Assembly (NCBI GenBank): GCA_963740085.1
Contig: CAVUCU010000001.1
Location: 224,001-288,000, forward strand
Length of the DNA stretch: 64,000 bases
Direction of reading: 5' to 3'
DNA from: Nitrospirota bacterium
Lineage (GTDB): Bacteria; Nitrospirota; UBA9217
The position numbers and the translations under genes are program-made. The notes below the pieces were generated by a model. That model saw only the letters and a list, made by a program, of their open reading frames with translations, made no database searches and had not been told where the DNA came from. Below, piece after piece: positions 18,867-32,470 of the stretch (position 1 is its first letter; every line of letters begins with the position of its first letter).

Positions 18867-20555
18867 ATGCTCCTCCTTCTCACCCCTCGATATCTTGCCG
18901 TAAAGAACAGGCTCACCCGCCTCGCTCCCGGTGATGGGTTGAAAACAACCGTCCTCGGTCTGCTCGGCCTGGGATTCTGGGCTTTTATGTATGGCATTTC
19001 CTTCAAGGTCCTCTCTTACTTCAGGACCATTGAAGGTCTCGGCGACCTGCTTGCGCTCCGGCTGATGTCGATGGTGCTGCTGATGTTTTTTTCGATCCTC
19101 GTATTCAGCAACATCGTCACCTCGCTTTCGACCTTCTACCTCTCGGGAGAGCTCGCTATTCTGCACTCCGTACCAATTAGCATCGAGACCATCTTTCGCT
19201 CGAAATTCATCGAGACGATCATCGACTCATCGTGGATCACGCTCATCTACGGCCTGCCGGTCTTCCTCGCTTACGGAACGGTATTCAAGGCCCCGGTCCT
19301 TTACTATCTCGGCCTCCTGCTCACCATCATCCCTTTTTTGATCATCCCTGCCGGGATCGGCATCATGGTGACCATGCTACTCGTGAACGCATTCCCTGCA
19401 CGCAGGGCCAAGGACGTCCTGGTGCTCCTGAGCCTGCTGTTCTTCATGGTCATGTACATCCTGCTGCGCATGCTCAAACCCGAGAAGCTTGTTGACCCTG
19501 ATACGTTTCCCTCACTCGTCCAGTACCTGACCGCCATGCGCGCTCCCGTCTCGCCCCTCCTGCCGAGTTTCTGGGCCACAGAGACACTCTCCCCCCTGCT
19601 TCGCCGGATCAAAGGAGAGTTTCTCTTTTATCTGCTCATGCTCTGGAGCACCGCCGGCGCGAGTGTCGTCATCGGGGAGTGGGTCTGTGGAAGGATCTAC
19701 TACACCGGCTGGTCGCGTTCCCAGGAGGGCAAAAAATCTCCGATCTCGCGGTCGCGACTGGCGGATGCTTTCTTCCGATTCACCGTTCTGCCGTTACGGG
19801 GAAAGATGCGCGCCATAATATTGAAGGACATTAAACTTTTTTTCCGCGATACATCGCAGTGGTCGCAACTTTTCCTCATCTTCGCGCTCATGGTCGTGTA
19901 TATTTACAGCTTCGAGCTCCTGCCTCTGGACCGCGCGGTCATGCCGAGTTTCTTTCTTCAGAATCTGATCTCCTTCCTGAATCTCGGCATGGTGGGGTTC
20001 GTGACCGCGTCAGTCGCCGTTCGGTTCGTGTTCCCTGCGGTGAGCCTTGAGGGGGCGTCGTTCTGGATCATCAGGTCCGCACCTCTGTCGCTCAGGGATT
20101 TCCTCTGGGCGAAGTTCTGGAGCAGCCTGCTGCCGCTCCTGGTGCTCTCCGAGATATTGATCGTGCTCTCGAACACACTGCTCAAGGTCACGCCCTTCAT
20201 GATGTGGCTCGGCATTATTACGGTCTTCTTTATGACCTTCGGCATCACTGCCCTCGGCGTTGGCCTGGGCGCCGTATTCCCGCGGTTCAAGCACGAAAAT
20301 GTGGCCCAGATCCCCACGGGCTTCGGTGGCATCGTATATATGCTGTTGACCATGCTGTTTATCGGCGTTGTGATCACCCTCGAGGCATGGCCCGTATATA
20401 AGATATTCACGGCCCAGATTCCCGGTTACCACATCAGGACTTTCGGATGGGTATCCATAGCGCTTTCGATCATCGTCGTCATGATTGTGAACATTTATGC
20501 TCTTTTTTTACCCATGAAGATAGGGCTTGAGCACCTGAAACAGCGTGAAATATAG
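18867..20555 (+). CDS. Putative ABC exporter permease (multi-pass)
   Basis: Many TM segments; KDIKLFFRD and SLEGASFWIIRSAP motifs; near the ABC ATPase. Confidence 0.8.
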   Translation: MLLLLTPRYLAVKNRLTRLAPGDGLKTTVLGLLGLGFWAFMYGISFKVLSYFRTIEGLGDLLALRLMSMVLLMFFSILVFSNIVTSLSTFYLSGELAILHSVPISIETIFRSKFIETIIDSSWITLIYGLPVFLAYGTVFKAPVLYYLGLLLTIIPFLIIPAGIGIMVTMLLVNAFPARRAKDVLVLLSLLFFMVMYILLRMLKPEKLVDPDTFPSLVQYLTAMRAPVSPLLPSFWATETLSPLLRRIKGEFLFYLLMLWSTAGASVVIGEWVCGRIYYTGWSRSQEGKKSPISRSRLADAFFRFTVLPLRGKMRAIILKDIKLFFRDTSQWSQLFLIFALMVVYIYSFELLPLDRAVMPSFFLQNLISFLNLGMVGFVTASVAVRFVFPAVSLEGASFWIIRSAPLSLRDFLWAKFWSSLLPLLVLSEILIVLSNTLLKVTPFMMWLGIITVFFMTFGITALGVGLGAVFPRFKHENVAQIPTGFGGIVYMLLTMLFIGVVITLEAWPVYKIFTAQIPGYHIRTFGWVSIALSIIVVMIVNIYALFLPMKIGLEHLKQREI

Positions 20556-20566
20556 GTTTCCGATAA

Positions 20567-20613
20567 CCACAATATATTGTGCCTCCCCTGGAAGCAGACA
20601 CCTTACCTTGTTA
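20567..20613. promoter_or_regulatory. Tandem NrdR-box-like sites upstream of smc
   Basis: Palindrome CCACAATATATTGTGC and a weaker ACACCTTACCTTGTTA starting 31 bp downstream. Confidence 0.55.
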
Positions 20614-20621
20614 TTTTTCCC

Positions 20622-20650
20622 TTTACAAACCCCCATTCATATGATATAAA
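20622..20650 (+). promoter_or_regulatory. Sigma-70 promoter of smc
   Basis: TTTACA-17 nt-TATAAA with extended TG. Confidence 0.55.
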
Positions 20651-20707
20651 CATTTCAGTTAACGGCTTCTAAAAATCATCCGTCTGTCTGTTTAAATGAG
20701 GAGACCT

Positions 20708-24292
<3,585 letters not shown>

Positions 24293-24555
24293 TAAATTGG
24301 TCCTGAGTTGACATTCAATGCCGCGAGAAGGGCCCCATCGATTCAGTTTCGAATTCGAACCCGATGCCTGTTGCACGGACATCGATCTCATCACCGCCTT
24401 CACTGATTCCCCATCCCTCTTCTTGGAAAGAGAACCCGACAGCGCTGTTTCAGAATAGTGTTTTCACGCGGATCAACTCAAGCTGCGGATTTGTAGATAC
24501 TGCTTCTCGGACTCGGTATTCAAAGCATTGAACTGCGGTGAGGGGAATGGAAGAA

Positions 24556-24592
24556 AATAAAAAAGCAGGCCATGACTGATCAGGGCCTGCTT
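24556..24592 (-). terminator. Intrinsic terminator after the cold-shock gene
   Basis: AAGCAGGCC/GGCCTGCTT stem followed by a T-run on the minus strand. Confidence 0.7.
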
Positions 24593-24611
24593 ATTAGGTT
24601 AATGCGCTGGA

Positions 24612-24812
24612 TTAAAGCTTGACGACGTTCGATGCTTTGGGACCTTTGGGCGAATCGATTACGTCGAACGAAACTTCCTGACCTTCAGCCAGGGACTTGA
24701 ATCCGCTGTCCTGAATATCGCCGAAGTGAACGAACACATCGCCGCCGCTTGCACGAGTAATGAATCCAAACCCTTTGGCATCATTGAACCACTTTACTGT
24801 ACCATTTTCCAT
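24612..24812 (-). CDS. cspA: Cold-shock protein
   Basis: [21 protein letters not shown] (RNP1/RNP2). Confidence 0.95.
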   Translation of the reverse strand: MENGTVKWFNDAKGFGFITRASGGDVFVHFGDIQDSGFKSLAEGQEVSFDVIDSPKGPKASNVVKL

Positions 24813-25006
24813 TGTGAGCTACCTCCTTCTTGTGTATTGAAGCTTACCGAAAAGGCAAAAAAAATCCGCAAAGCCAAAAATGTCTTTGCGGTCACCCTAC
24901 AAGTACATCCGGAACTTCTGGATGTAATAATCCCACTTTAGCGCCAGGAAGTCAAGAGTTATTATTTTATTTAACGTCTTAGTTCCTGGGAATGAACGGG
25001 AGGCCG

Positions 25007-25996
25007 TCAGAACGCAAGATCAGGATATGCGAACTGGCCTTGAAAACCGGCATCACTGCCGGCGAAGCTTTGATTCATGGTGTGATCCGACTTTCCGAGA
25101 ACATCTCTTCCGGGGAGAGGCACAAGCGGCTCGAAGGAACCCGGTGATGATCTGTCCGGTTGCAATCTTATCCCGATATCAGCGAGTCTCAGCGCACTTT
25201 TCCACAGGCGGCTGCGCGAGGGGGCTCCGAGAACCGCCGTATATATGAGACCCTTTTCGGTGTCCATGGCGCCCACAAAACAATGCCTCGCGTTACAGGT
25301 AAAGCCGGTCTTTCCGCCTATCATGTCAGTTCGGGACCACAGCAGATTGTCCGTATTCGAGAGATATAATTCCCTGCCTGCCGCTGTTTTGACCATCCAT
25401 CCTTTTTTGCCGAGGATCTCCCGGATAAGCGGGTACATAAGAGCCCTTTTCAGAATGATCGTCAGATCCCGGGCCGTTGTATATTGTCTGCCTTTGGGCA
25501 GGCCGGAAGCGGTCTCGAAGTGGGTATCATTGGCACCAATATCCTTTGCCTTCTGATTCATCATTGCGACAAACGCATTCTCTGAACCGCCCGCCCCCTC
25601 GGCAAGGGCTACGGCGGCGGCATTGATGGATCTCATGAGTGCCAGATGGAGGAGGTCTGAAACCGTCAGGACGTCGCCTGCCTTAAGCCTGGGCTTTCCG
25701 GAACGGGCTGCCTGAGCCCTCTTGCTCACGGTCACGCTGGTTGACGGATCCAGACGATCAAGGGCCACCATGGCGGTCACGAGTTTTACTGTGCTGGCGG
25801 GCGGAAGCTTGGCCGAAGGGTATTTCTCTGAAAGTACCGAATCGTTCTCATCAACCACGATCCACGCCTTTGCCGCAATGCCCTTCCGCGAAAAAGAAAA
25901 GGCGGGCTGCACCGCTGTCAGCAGAAGGACCGCGAACACCAGGTAAAAAACCACTCGCTTCAAAAGGGATCTTGGTAAGGATACGGATCGATACAT
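25007..25996 (-). CDS. D-alanyl-D-alanine carboxypeptidase (peptidase S11)
   Basis: SxxK (ASTVK), SxN (RSINA), KTG motifs; signal peptide. Confidence 0.9.
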   Translation of the reverse strand: MYRSVSLPRSLLKRVVFYLVFAVLLLTAVQPAFSFSRKGIAAKAWIVVDENDSVLSEKYPSAKLPPASTVKLVTAMVALDRLDPSTSVTVSKRAQAARSGKPRLKAGDVLTVSDLLHLALMRSINAAAVALAEGAGGSENAFVAMMNQKAKDIGANDTHFETASGLPKGRQYTTARDLTIILKRALMYPLIREILGKKGWMVKTAAGRELYLSNTDNLLWSRTDMIGGKTGFTCNARHCFVGAMDTEKGLIYTAVLGAPSRSRLWKSALRLADIGIRLQPDRSSPGSFEPLVPLPGRDVLGKSDHTMNQSFAGSDAGFQGQFAYPDLAF

Positions 25997-26133
25997 AGGT
26001 GAGAGTATACACTAAAAATAATAAAATGTAAATGTATTGCAAATTCCGACCTTCAAGTTCTTTTCCAGAACTGCCTGAAGGGTCCGCTCCCCGAGCAGAA
26101 CCGTCTCCAGCACGTCACGCACGCGACCAAGGC

Positions 26134-26622
26134 TCATGCTGTTGGAGGGAAAGCCCCTACCTGTGCGATGCGATACCACTCGACAAACCGTGCCGCCGCA
26201 GGATGACCTTCCTCAGGCGCCCATCCGGCGGCATTCTTATCTTTCGGCTGAGCGTACGGCCCCTGCTTTACCTCAAAGAAGACCGTTCCGCTTTCGAGCG
26301 ACACGATCGAGTGCCAGGTATTCTCCGGTATCTCTGCAGCGAATACCGGCCCTCTCGCAGACAGTACGACCCTTTCCGTTACCGTACCTGAGTCATGAAA
26401 GAAGAGGAGCGCGGCTGAACCACGCAGAAGCAGAAATATTTCGCATGTCTCCGGCTCGGCATGCCGGTGCGGCCTGATATAGGTCCCCGGTTCTATGGCC
26501 ACGCACAATCGTTGCAAAGGGTCCTCCAGTCGCGGGTGAAAATTATGATGCGCCCGTTTCCGGGGCGACTCCTTTGCCTTGCCGGTCAGCGAGTCCAGAA
26601 GTGTATTGTCAATCTGTTTCAT
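26134..26622 (-). CDS. WbuC family cupin-fold metalloprotein
   Basis: SPRKRAHHNFH, YIRPHRH, WHS, FEVKQGPY. Confidence 0.88.
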   Translation of the reverse strand: MKQIDNTLLDSLTGKAKESPRKRAHHNFHPRLEDPLQRLCVAIEPGTYIRPHRHAEPETCEIFLLLRGSAALLFFHDSGTVTERVVLSARGPVFAAEIPENTWHSIVSLESGTVFFEVKQGPYAQPKDKNAAGWAPEEGHPAAARFVEWYRIAQVGAFPPTA

Positions 26623-26702
26623 ATGGTCTCCCCGTTCTTTTCGGGACGCCTGGACCTTCAAACCACTGCTCACCGTCCGGACCGGACGGATCAGACGGGC
26701 TT

Positions 26703-27482
26703 TCAGGATTGACAGGCCATGACCGGAAGGTGGATGGGATCAACGAACATATCCTCGGCTGGTTTCCGGTAGTAGGGACATCTCTCTTCCCGGCACCCGT
26801 GAGGGTGCCTGTTGCCGTCTTTGCAGACGATCGCGGTTTTCGCCACCGGAAGCGAGATGCCGAACCTTTCCGCAAAGATCATAACCGCCTCCGAAAGCGC
26901 CGCACGCACATAGGCCTTGCAGCAGCTTGGCCCCGTAAGTTCGGCGACAACCTGCGAGACCTTGATAACCGCGTTCATCGTGATCTTCTGCTCCGTATCG
27001 GAGCCGCATTGGGAACCGAGGAAAACGGAAAGGCACGCGCCGATGGCGGGCGCAATGCCGCACACACCGGTGAGCCCGCAGTAACCGCCCACGGCCTGCT
27101 TTGCAGTTCTGGCGAACACTTCGCGGATGTCCGCATTCGTGATCTTGCCTTTGCCATAGGGAGAATTTTTAAGTGCCGCCATGAGAGCTCCCCCGGCAAT
27201 GTACGCATGCTCGCATCCGAGCATGGGAAGGTTCGGATGGCCAATCATGAGCTCGGCTATCACGATGGGATCTTGCAGTTCCGTAGTAAATACCACCCCC
27301 TCGATCATCTGCATCGCGTCCCTGCGGTGACACGCTTCGCAGGTGAAATGCCCTTGCGGACATTTGACATGCCCCTGTTCTGTTGCTCCGCAATAGACGC
27401 ATACAAGGTTTTCAGATTGGCGCAGATATTCAAGTGCCGAACCGCAGACGAGACAGTTCTCCGCGTTCCTTTTTTCGTTCAT
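26703..27482 (-). CDS. Cys-rich DUF5714-like protein
   Basis: N-terminal CxxC clusters; GCEH, GGYCGLTGVCG, GPSCCK motifs. Confidence 0.7.
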   Translation of the reverse strand: MNEKRNAENCLVCGSALEYLRQSENLVCVYCGATEQGHVKCPQGHFTCEACHRRDAMQMIEGVVFTTELQDPIVIAELMIGHPNLPMLGCEHAYIAGGALMAALKNSPYGKGKITNADIREVFARTAKQAVGGYCGLTGVCGIAPAIGACLSVFLGSQCGSDTEQKITMNAVIKVSQVVAELTGPSCCKAYVRAALSEAVMIFAERFGISLPVAKTAIVCKDGNRHPHGCREERCPYYRKPAEDMFVDPIHLPVMACQS

Positions 27483-27654
27483 AGTTACTATATATACCAC
27501 AGATGACCGCTACTTTCCATACATACTGTTTATCTCCCTTGCTGTTATCTCCCTTGCTTGACTTTTACGATGCTTTTGCGCTATTCTAGGCTTACGTGAT
27601 CGAAGATCGAATACTCCAACGCTGAAATCTCGTTGATCTCGTCAGGAGCTATCC

Positions 27655-28440
27655 GTGAATAAAGTGGTTCTGCTGCTTCTCACCCTGCTTCTTATACCCA
27701 TCCCCTCTTCTGGTCACGAAACCACGGCCACGAAAGCCGATATTGCGCTCGAGGAGAAGCTGGGGCAGTACCTCCCCGCCGGCGCCGTATTCGTTGATGA
27801 ACGCGGCAACCATGTCGATCTCAGAAATTTCATCGACAAACCGGCGATCATAGCGCCGGTCTATCTGGGGTGCATGCATGTCTGCCCCCTGCTGCTGAAC
27901 GGCCTTGCCGACGTGCTCGGCAGAATGGACGTGATGACGCCCGGCAAGGATTTCAAGGTGATCACCATCAGTTTTGATGATAAGGACACGCCGGCGATCG
28001 CCCGGGACAAGAAACGGAACTATATCAAGGCCATCAACAAGCCTTTTCCCGATGATGCCTGGACCTTTCTGACCGGCGATGCCGCGAACATAAAGAAGTT
28101 CACCGATTCCATCGGGTTCAGGTTCCAGCGCGACGGAGCGCACGATTTTTCCCACCCGGTCACACTGGTCGTCATCGCCCCCGGAGGAAAGATCGTACGC
28201 TATCTCGAAGGTGTGAACTTTCTCCCCTTCGAGGTGACCATGGCCTTGAACGAAGCGGCGACAGGGCGGGTCGGATCCCCCGCGCGCAAGGTGCTCATGT
28301 ACTGCTTCAGCTATGATCCGCTGAAAAAATCGTATGTGTTTAATATATTAAAGGTCACGGCAACGGTCATGATCCTTTTCGTTGGGTCGTTCTTTGCGTA
28401 TTTAATGATATCGACGAAAAAGAAGCGAGGGGCCGCATAA
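27655..28440 (+). CDS. SCO/SenC family copper chaperone
   Basis: CMHVC (CxxxC), conserved FSHP, signal peptide, C-terminal TM; heads the cox operon. Confidence 0.88.
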   Translation: MNKVVLLLLTLLLIPIPSSGHETTATKADIALEEKLGQYLPAGAVFVDERGNHVDLRNFIDKPAIIAPVYLGCMHVCPLLLNGLADVLGRMDVMTPGKDFKVITISFDDKDTPAIARDKKRNYIKAINKPFPDDAWTFLTGDAANIKKFTDSIGFRFQRDGAHDFSHPVTLVVIAPGGKIVRYLEGVNFLPFEVTMALNEAATGRVGSPARKVLMYCFSYDPLKKSYVFNILKVTATVMILFVGSFFAYLMISTKKKRGAA

Positions 28441-28595
28441 AAAACCTTTCAGGTGAAATGGGGACTCCACCCAAAAGAGGCTTCTTGCCCTTTCCCCATC
28501 CTTACCTCTTTTCACCTGAAAGATTTTTTGGATACTTTTTCCCTCAACGTCCTCTGCGGTAATATACTGTTTTTACAGCGATAAGAATATTTATT

Positions 28596-30179
28596 ATGGA
28601 AACCAACTTTTACAATACTCCGGGCAAATACCCCGGCATCTTCGGCTGGATCTTCACGACCGACCATAAAAGGATCGGGCTCCTGTACCTCGGCTCGACG
28701 CTCGCATTCTTCATCGTCGGCGCGTGCCTCGGGCTCACGATGCGTCTCGAACTCATCCGGTCCGGCATGCACTTTTTCAGCGCCCAGACATACAATGCCC
28801 TGTTCACGCTTCACGGCGTGATCATGATCTTCCTTTTCATCATTCCCGGCATTCCCGCTTCGCTCGGGAACTTCATCCTGCCGCTCCAGATCGGAGCGCG
28901 CGATGTTGCATTCCCCCGGATCAATATCCTGACCTGGTGGCTGTATATCATCGGCGGAGCGCTTGCCGTCACATCCCTTTTTACCGGCGGCGGCCCGCCC
29001 GACACAGGCTGGACCTTTTACATCCCGTACAGCATCCGCACTGGCACGAACGTGTCGCTCGCAGTATTCGGCGTGTTCCTGATCGGAATGTCGTCAACGC
29101 TCACCGGTATGAACTTCCTGACCACGATCCACCGGCTCCGGGCGCCCGGCATGACCTGGCGAAGAATGACGCTGTTCACCTGGTCCATCTACGCCACGTC
29201 GTGGATCCAGCTCCTGGCCACTCCGGTCCTGGCCATCACACTGCTCTTGATCATCATCGAGCGCTTTTTCGGCGTGGGCTTCTTCGACCCGGCAAAGGGA
29301 GGTGACCCGATCCTCTTTGAGCACATGTTCTGGATCTACTCCCACCCGGCGGTCTATATCATGATCCTGCCGGCGATGGGCGCCGTCACCGACATCATCC
29401 CGGTGTTCACCCGAAGGAATATCTTCGGATACAAGTTCATAGCCGCGTCGAGCCTGGCCATCGCCTTCGTCGGTTACCTCGTCTGGGGTCACCATATGTT
29501 CACCAGCGGCATGAGCGACACGGCGAGGGTCATCTTCTCGCTTCTCACATTCCTCGTTGCCGTGCCCAGCGGGGTGAAGGTCTTCAACTGGATCGCGAGC
29601 CTCTACAAGGGATCGATCAGGATGGACGCGCCGCTGCTCTACACACTCGGGTTCATTTTTCTGTTTTCCATCGGCGGCCTGACCGGCCTCGTGCAGGGAG
29701 CCCTTGCCACGAACCTCCACGTCCACGGCACCTACTTCATCGTGGGACATTTCCACTATGTGATGTTCGGCGGCACGGCCATGGGGTTCTTCGCAGGCCT
29801 CCACTACTGGTTTCCAAAAATTACCGGCAGGCTTTATGAAGACCATCTGGCAAAGCTCGCCTGGGTTCTTCTGTTCATCGGCTTCAATATGCTCTACTTT
29901 TCCATGTTCGTTCTTGGCTGGGAAGGGATGCCCAGGCGGTATTACGACTATCTTCCGAAATTTAACGCCCCCAACCTGGTCGCCACCATCGGATCCTGGA
30001 TTCTGGCCATGGGGCTGATTATTATGTTCTATAACCTTATCCACTCGCTCTTTACGGGCAGAGAGGCCGGGGACAATCCCTGGGAAGCGGCGTCGCTCGA
30101 ATGGCGGACCACATCACCGCCGCCCACGGAAAATTTCGCTCAGCAGCCCGTGGTCACGAAGGGACCGTATGAGTTTTAA
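28596..30179 (+). CDS. ctaD: Heme-copper oxidase subunit I, A2 type
   Basis: DHKRIG, GWTFY, FWIYSHPAVY (YS motif), WGHH, HFHYV, MPRRY. Confidence 0.95.
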   Translation: METNFYNTPGKYPGIFGWIFTTDHKRIGLLYLGSTLAFFIVGACLGLTMRLELIRSGMHFFSAQTYNALFTLHGVIMIFLFIIPGIPASLGNFILPLQIGARDVAFPRINILTWWLYIIGGALAVTSLFTGGGPPDTGWTFYIPYSIRTGTNVSLAVFGVFLIGMSSTLTGMNFLTTIHRLRAPGMTWRRMTLFTWSIYATSWIQLLATPVLAITLLLIIIERFFGVGFFDPAKGGDPILFEHMFWIYSHPAVYIMILPAMGAVTDIIPVFTRRNIFGYKFIAASSLAIAFVGYLVWGHHMFTSGMSDTARVIFSLLTFLVAVPSGVKVFNWIASLYKGSIRMDAPLLYTLGFIFLFSIGGLTGLVQGALATNLHVHGTYFIVGHFHYVMFGGTAMGFFAGLHYWFPKITGRLYEDHLAKLAWVLLFIGFNMLYFSMFVLGWEGMPRRYYDYLPKFNAPNLVATIGSWILAMGLIIMFYNLIHSLFTGREAGDNPWEAASLEWRTTSPPPTENFAQQPVVTKGPYEF

Positions 30180-30266
30180 TTATATGCATGGAGCAGAGAG
30201 CAGGGGGCAGCGTACTGACTGCAGCTGCAATTTACTTCATGCTCTCTGCAGTGACTTTTACCGCTT

Positions 30267-30878
30267 ATGAACGAAACCGTACACATGGAACACCGCGATT
30301 ACGCCGGCGCAAAACTCGGCATGTGGCTCTTCCTGTTCACGGAGATCCTGCTCTTCGGGGGCATGTTCCTGGTCTACGCGGAATACCGTCAAGTGAACAC
30401 CGCCGATTTCCACGAAGCCGGCAGCGAGATGAACGTCTTTATCGGGGCGGCAAACACGATCATCCTCCTGACCAGCAGCCTGACCATGGCCCTGGCGATC
30501 TCGTCGATCAAAAAAGGGCTGAAGGTTCGCTCCCTCACGCTCCAGGCAGCCACCATACTCCTCGGCCTCGGCTTCCTGGTCAACAAGTATTTCGAATGGA
30601 GCGACCATATCCGCAAAGGTTTCTATCCCGACTCGCCCGATCTTCTGGCCATGAGCCACGGCAAGATCCTGTTCTTCGGTCTTTACTATGTCATGACCGG
30701 CATCCATGCGCTGCATGTCATCATCGGCTTATCCGTCATCGCGTTCATGTTCGCGTTGACGCTACGGGACAGGATATCGAGCTCCGATTACGTGAAACTG
30801 GAGAACACGGGACTTTTCTGGCATATTGTGGACATCATCTGGATATACCTGTTCCCGCTATTTTACCTGATCCGGTAA
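30267..30878 (+). CDS. ctaE: Cytochrome c oxidase subunit III
   Basis: GMWLFLFTE, TGIHALHV, FWHIVDIIW. Confidence 0.92.
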   Translation: MNETVHMEHRDYAGAKLGMWLFLFTEILLFGGMFLVYAEYRQVNTADFHEAGSEMNVFIGAANTIILLTSSLTMALAISSIKKGLKVRSLTLQAATILLGLGFLVNKYFEWSDHIRKGFYPDSPDLLAMSHGKILFFGLYYVMTGIHALHVIIGLSVIAFMFALTLRDRISSSDYVKLENTGLFWHIVDIIWIYLFPLFYLIR

Positions 30879-30922
30879 GGGTTGCTTGTCCGGCGGAGCA
30901 ATCCGGGAGGACCAAGGACTGT

Positions 30923-31207
30923 ATGGAAGAGAGCAAGGGCCACTTCGTAGCAACAAAGACCTTCGTTTTCGTTTGGATCGCCCTGATCTGCCTGACCGGG
31001 CTTACCATAAAGGCCGCGCAGATGCAACTGGGCGGGTGGAGCATGGTCGCCAATATCGCCATCGCCTCGGTCAAGGCGAGCCTCGTGCTCTGGTTCTTCA
31101 TGCACCTGAAGTACGAAAAAAGACTGTTTAAGCTGCTCCTTTTCGTACCCTTGATTACGATCTCGATCATTATCGGACTCACGTTTGTCGATATCTGGTA
31201 CCGATAA
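30923..31207 (+). CDS. ctaF: Cytochrome c oxidase subunit IV
   Basis: Three TM helices; KASLVLWFFMHLKYE. Confidence 0.85.
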   Translation: MEESKGHFVATKTFVFVWIALICLTGLTIKAAQMQLGGWSMVANIAIASVKASLVLWFFMHLKYEKRLFKLLLFVPLITISIIIGLTFVDIWYR

Positions 31208-31213
31208 CAACAC

Positions 31214-31298
31214 AGTACAGAGTACAGAGTACAAAGTACTGAATACTCACCAAAGAGCTATCGTCATCTATGAGCGTTAACTCTGGACTGCGTACTCT
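31214..31298. repeat. Heptamer repeat (AGTACAG)n with a degenerate inverted partner arm
   Basis: AGTACAG AGTACAG AGTACAA AGTACTG AATACTC ... ACTCTGG ACTGCGT ACTCT. Confidence 0.6.
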
Positions 31299-31325
31299 TT
31301 TCTTCGAACTTATTTAAGGTGAACT

Positions 31326-32285
31326 ATGGTAACCGGCTGGCCGAACCTGTCCAACCCCGCGGACGACACGTTCTTCTTCATCCTGGGCATTTCCCTGACG
31401 CTTCTGGCCCTGAACACAGGGGTAATGATCTACTTCGTGATCCGTTACAGCAGGAAGCGCCATCCCCAGGCAGAGGAAATCAGGGAGAACACCGCGCTCG
31501 AGATCATCTGGACCGTGATCCCCACTATCCTGGTTTTGGCTATCTTCTACGTTGGATGGAAAGGCTTCGTATACATGCGCACAGCCCCGCCCGACGCCAT
31601 GATCGTGCACGTCACGGCCCGGCAATGGTCATGGACCTTCGACTATGAGAACGGAAAGGAGACCAATGTCCTGAAGGTCCCCATCCAGAAGCCGATCAAG
31701 CTCATCCTCACGTCGGCTGATGTTCTCCACAGCCTCTACATCCCCGCCTACCGGATAAAGGAGGACTGTGTGCCCGGTAGGGAAACGCACCTTTGGTTCC
31801 TTCCCGACGAACTCGGGTCCTATGACCTTTTCTGCACGGAATACTGCGGCGTGGGCCATTCGGCGATGATCACCAAGGTCGAGGTCATGAGCGAAAAGGA
31901 TTTCGATGGCTGGTATCGGGGCAAGACGAAAGCACCACGATCCGAAACGGTCAAGGGAGTGAAAACGCCGGCAGCGCATGAGGCAGCTGAAGCGGCTGAC
32001 GGCGTCCGGCTCATACAGGTCAAGGGCTGCATCGCCTGCCATACAACGGATGGTACGCCGAAGATCGGGCCGACTTTCAAAGGTGTCTTTGGAAGGAAGG
32101 AGACCGTAGTCCGCGATGGGAAGGAACGGGAGATCGTCGTTGACGAATCCTTCATTAAACAGTCGATCCTTCAGCCGGAACTTGATCGGGTTAAGGGCTT
32201 TCCTCCGATCATGCCTTCACAAAAAGGTGTTCTCTCGGACGCTGAGGTCGATGCGATTACTGATTATTTGAAAGCATTGAAGTAA
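31326..32285 (+). CDS. ctaC: Cytochrome c oxidase subunit II with fused cytochrome c
   Basis: CuA ligands DVLHS..CTEYCGVGHSAM; C-terminal CIACH and MP. Confidence 0.93.
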   Translation: MVTGWPNLSNPADDTFFFILGISLTLLALNTGVMIYFVIRYSRKRHPQAEEIRENTALEIIWTVIPTILVLAIFYVGWKGFVYMRTAPPDAMIVHVTARQWSWTFDYENGKETNVLKVPIQKPIKLILTSADVLHSLYIPAYRIKEDCVPGRETHLWFLPDELGSYDLFCTEYCGVGHSAMITKVEVMSEKDFDGWYRGKTKAPRSETVKGVKTPAAHEAAEAADGVRLIQVKGCIACHTTDGTPKIGPTFKGVFGRKETVVRDGKEREIVVDESFIKQSILQPELDRVKGFPPIMPSQKGVLSDAEVDAITDYLKALK

Positions 32286-32470
32286 GCTTTTCTGCGGTAA
32301 AGCCCCCTTTTGTGAACGCAGCTCGGGGACGATTTATAGTAATGATCCTGAAATAACCTCCTGGATCGTCATCCGGTGAAAAGAGGAACTCAGAGTCCTG
32401 TCAAACGTCACTGGATTCCCCGGAACATATGCTGGGCAGGCTTATCAAGCCCGGAATGGCGACAGGGCGA

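Noticed and set aside
30188-31207. 339-aa ORF spanning coxIII and coxIV
   Set aside because: Only the last 94 codons (from 30923) look like a real protein; the rest is an off-frame overlap of coxIII
32368-32460. REP-like GTCATCC..GGAATG(A/G)C element
   Set aside because: Too degenerate to delimit confidently, though it probably explains the spurious 5' extension of the ctaB ORF
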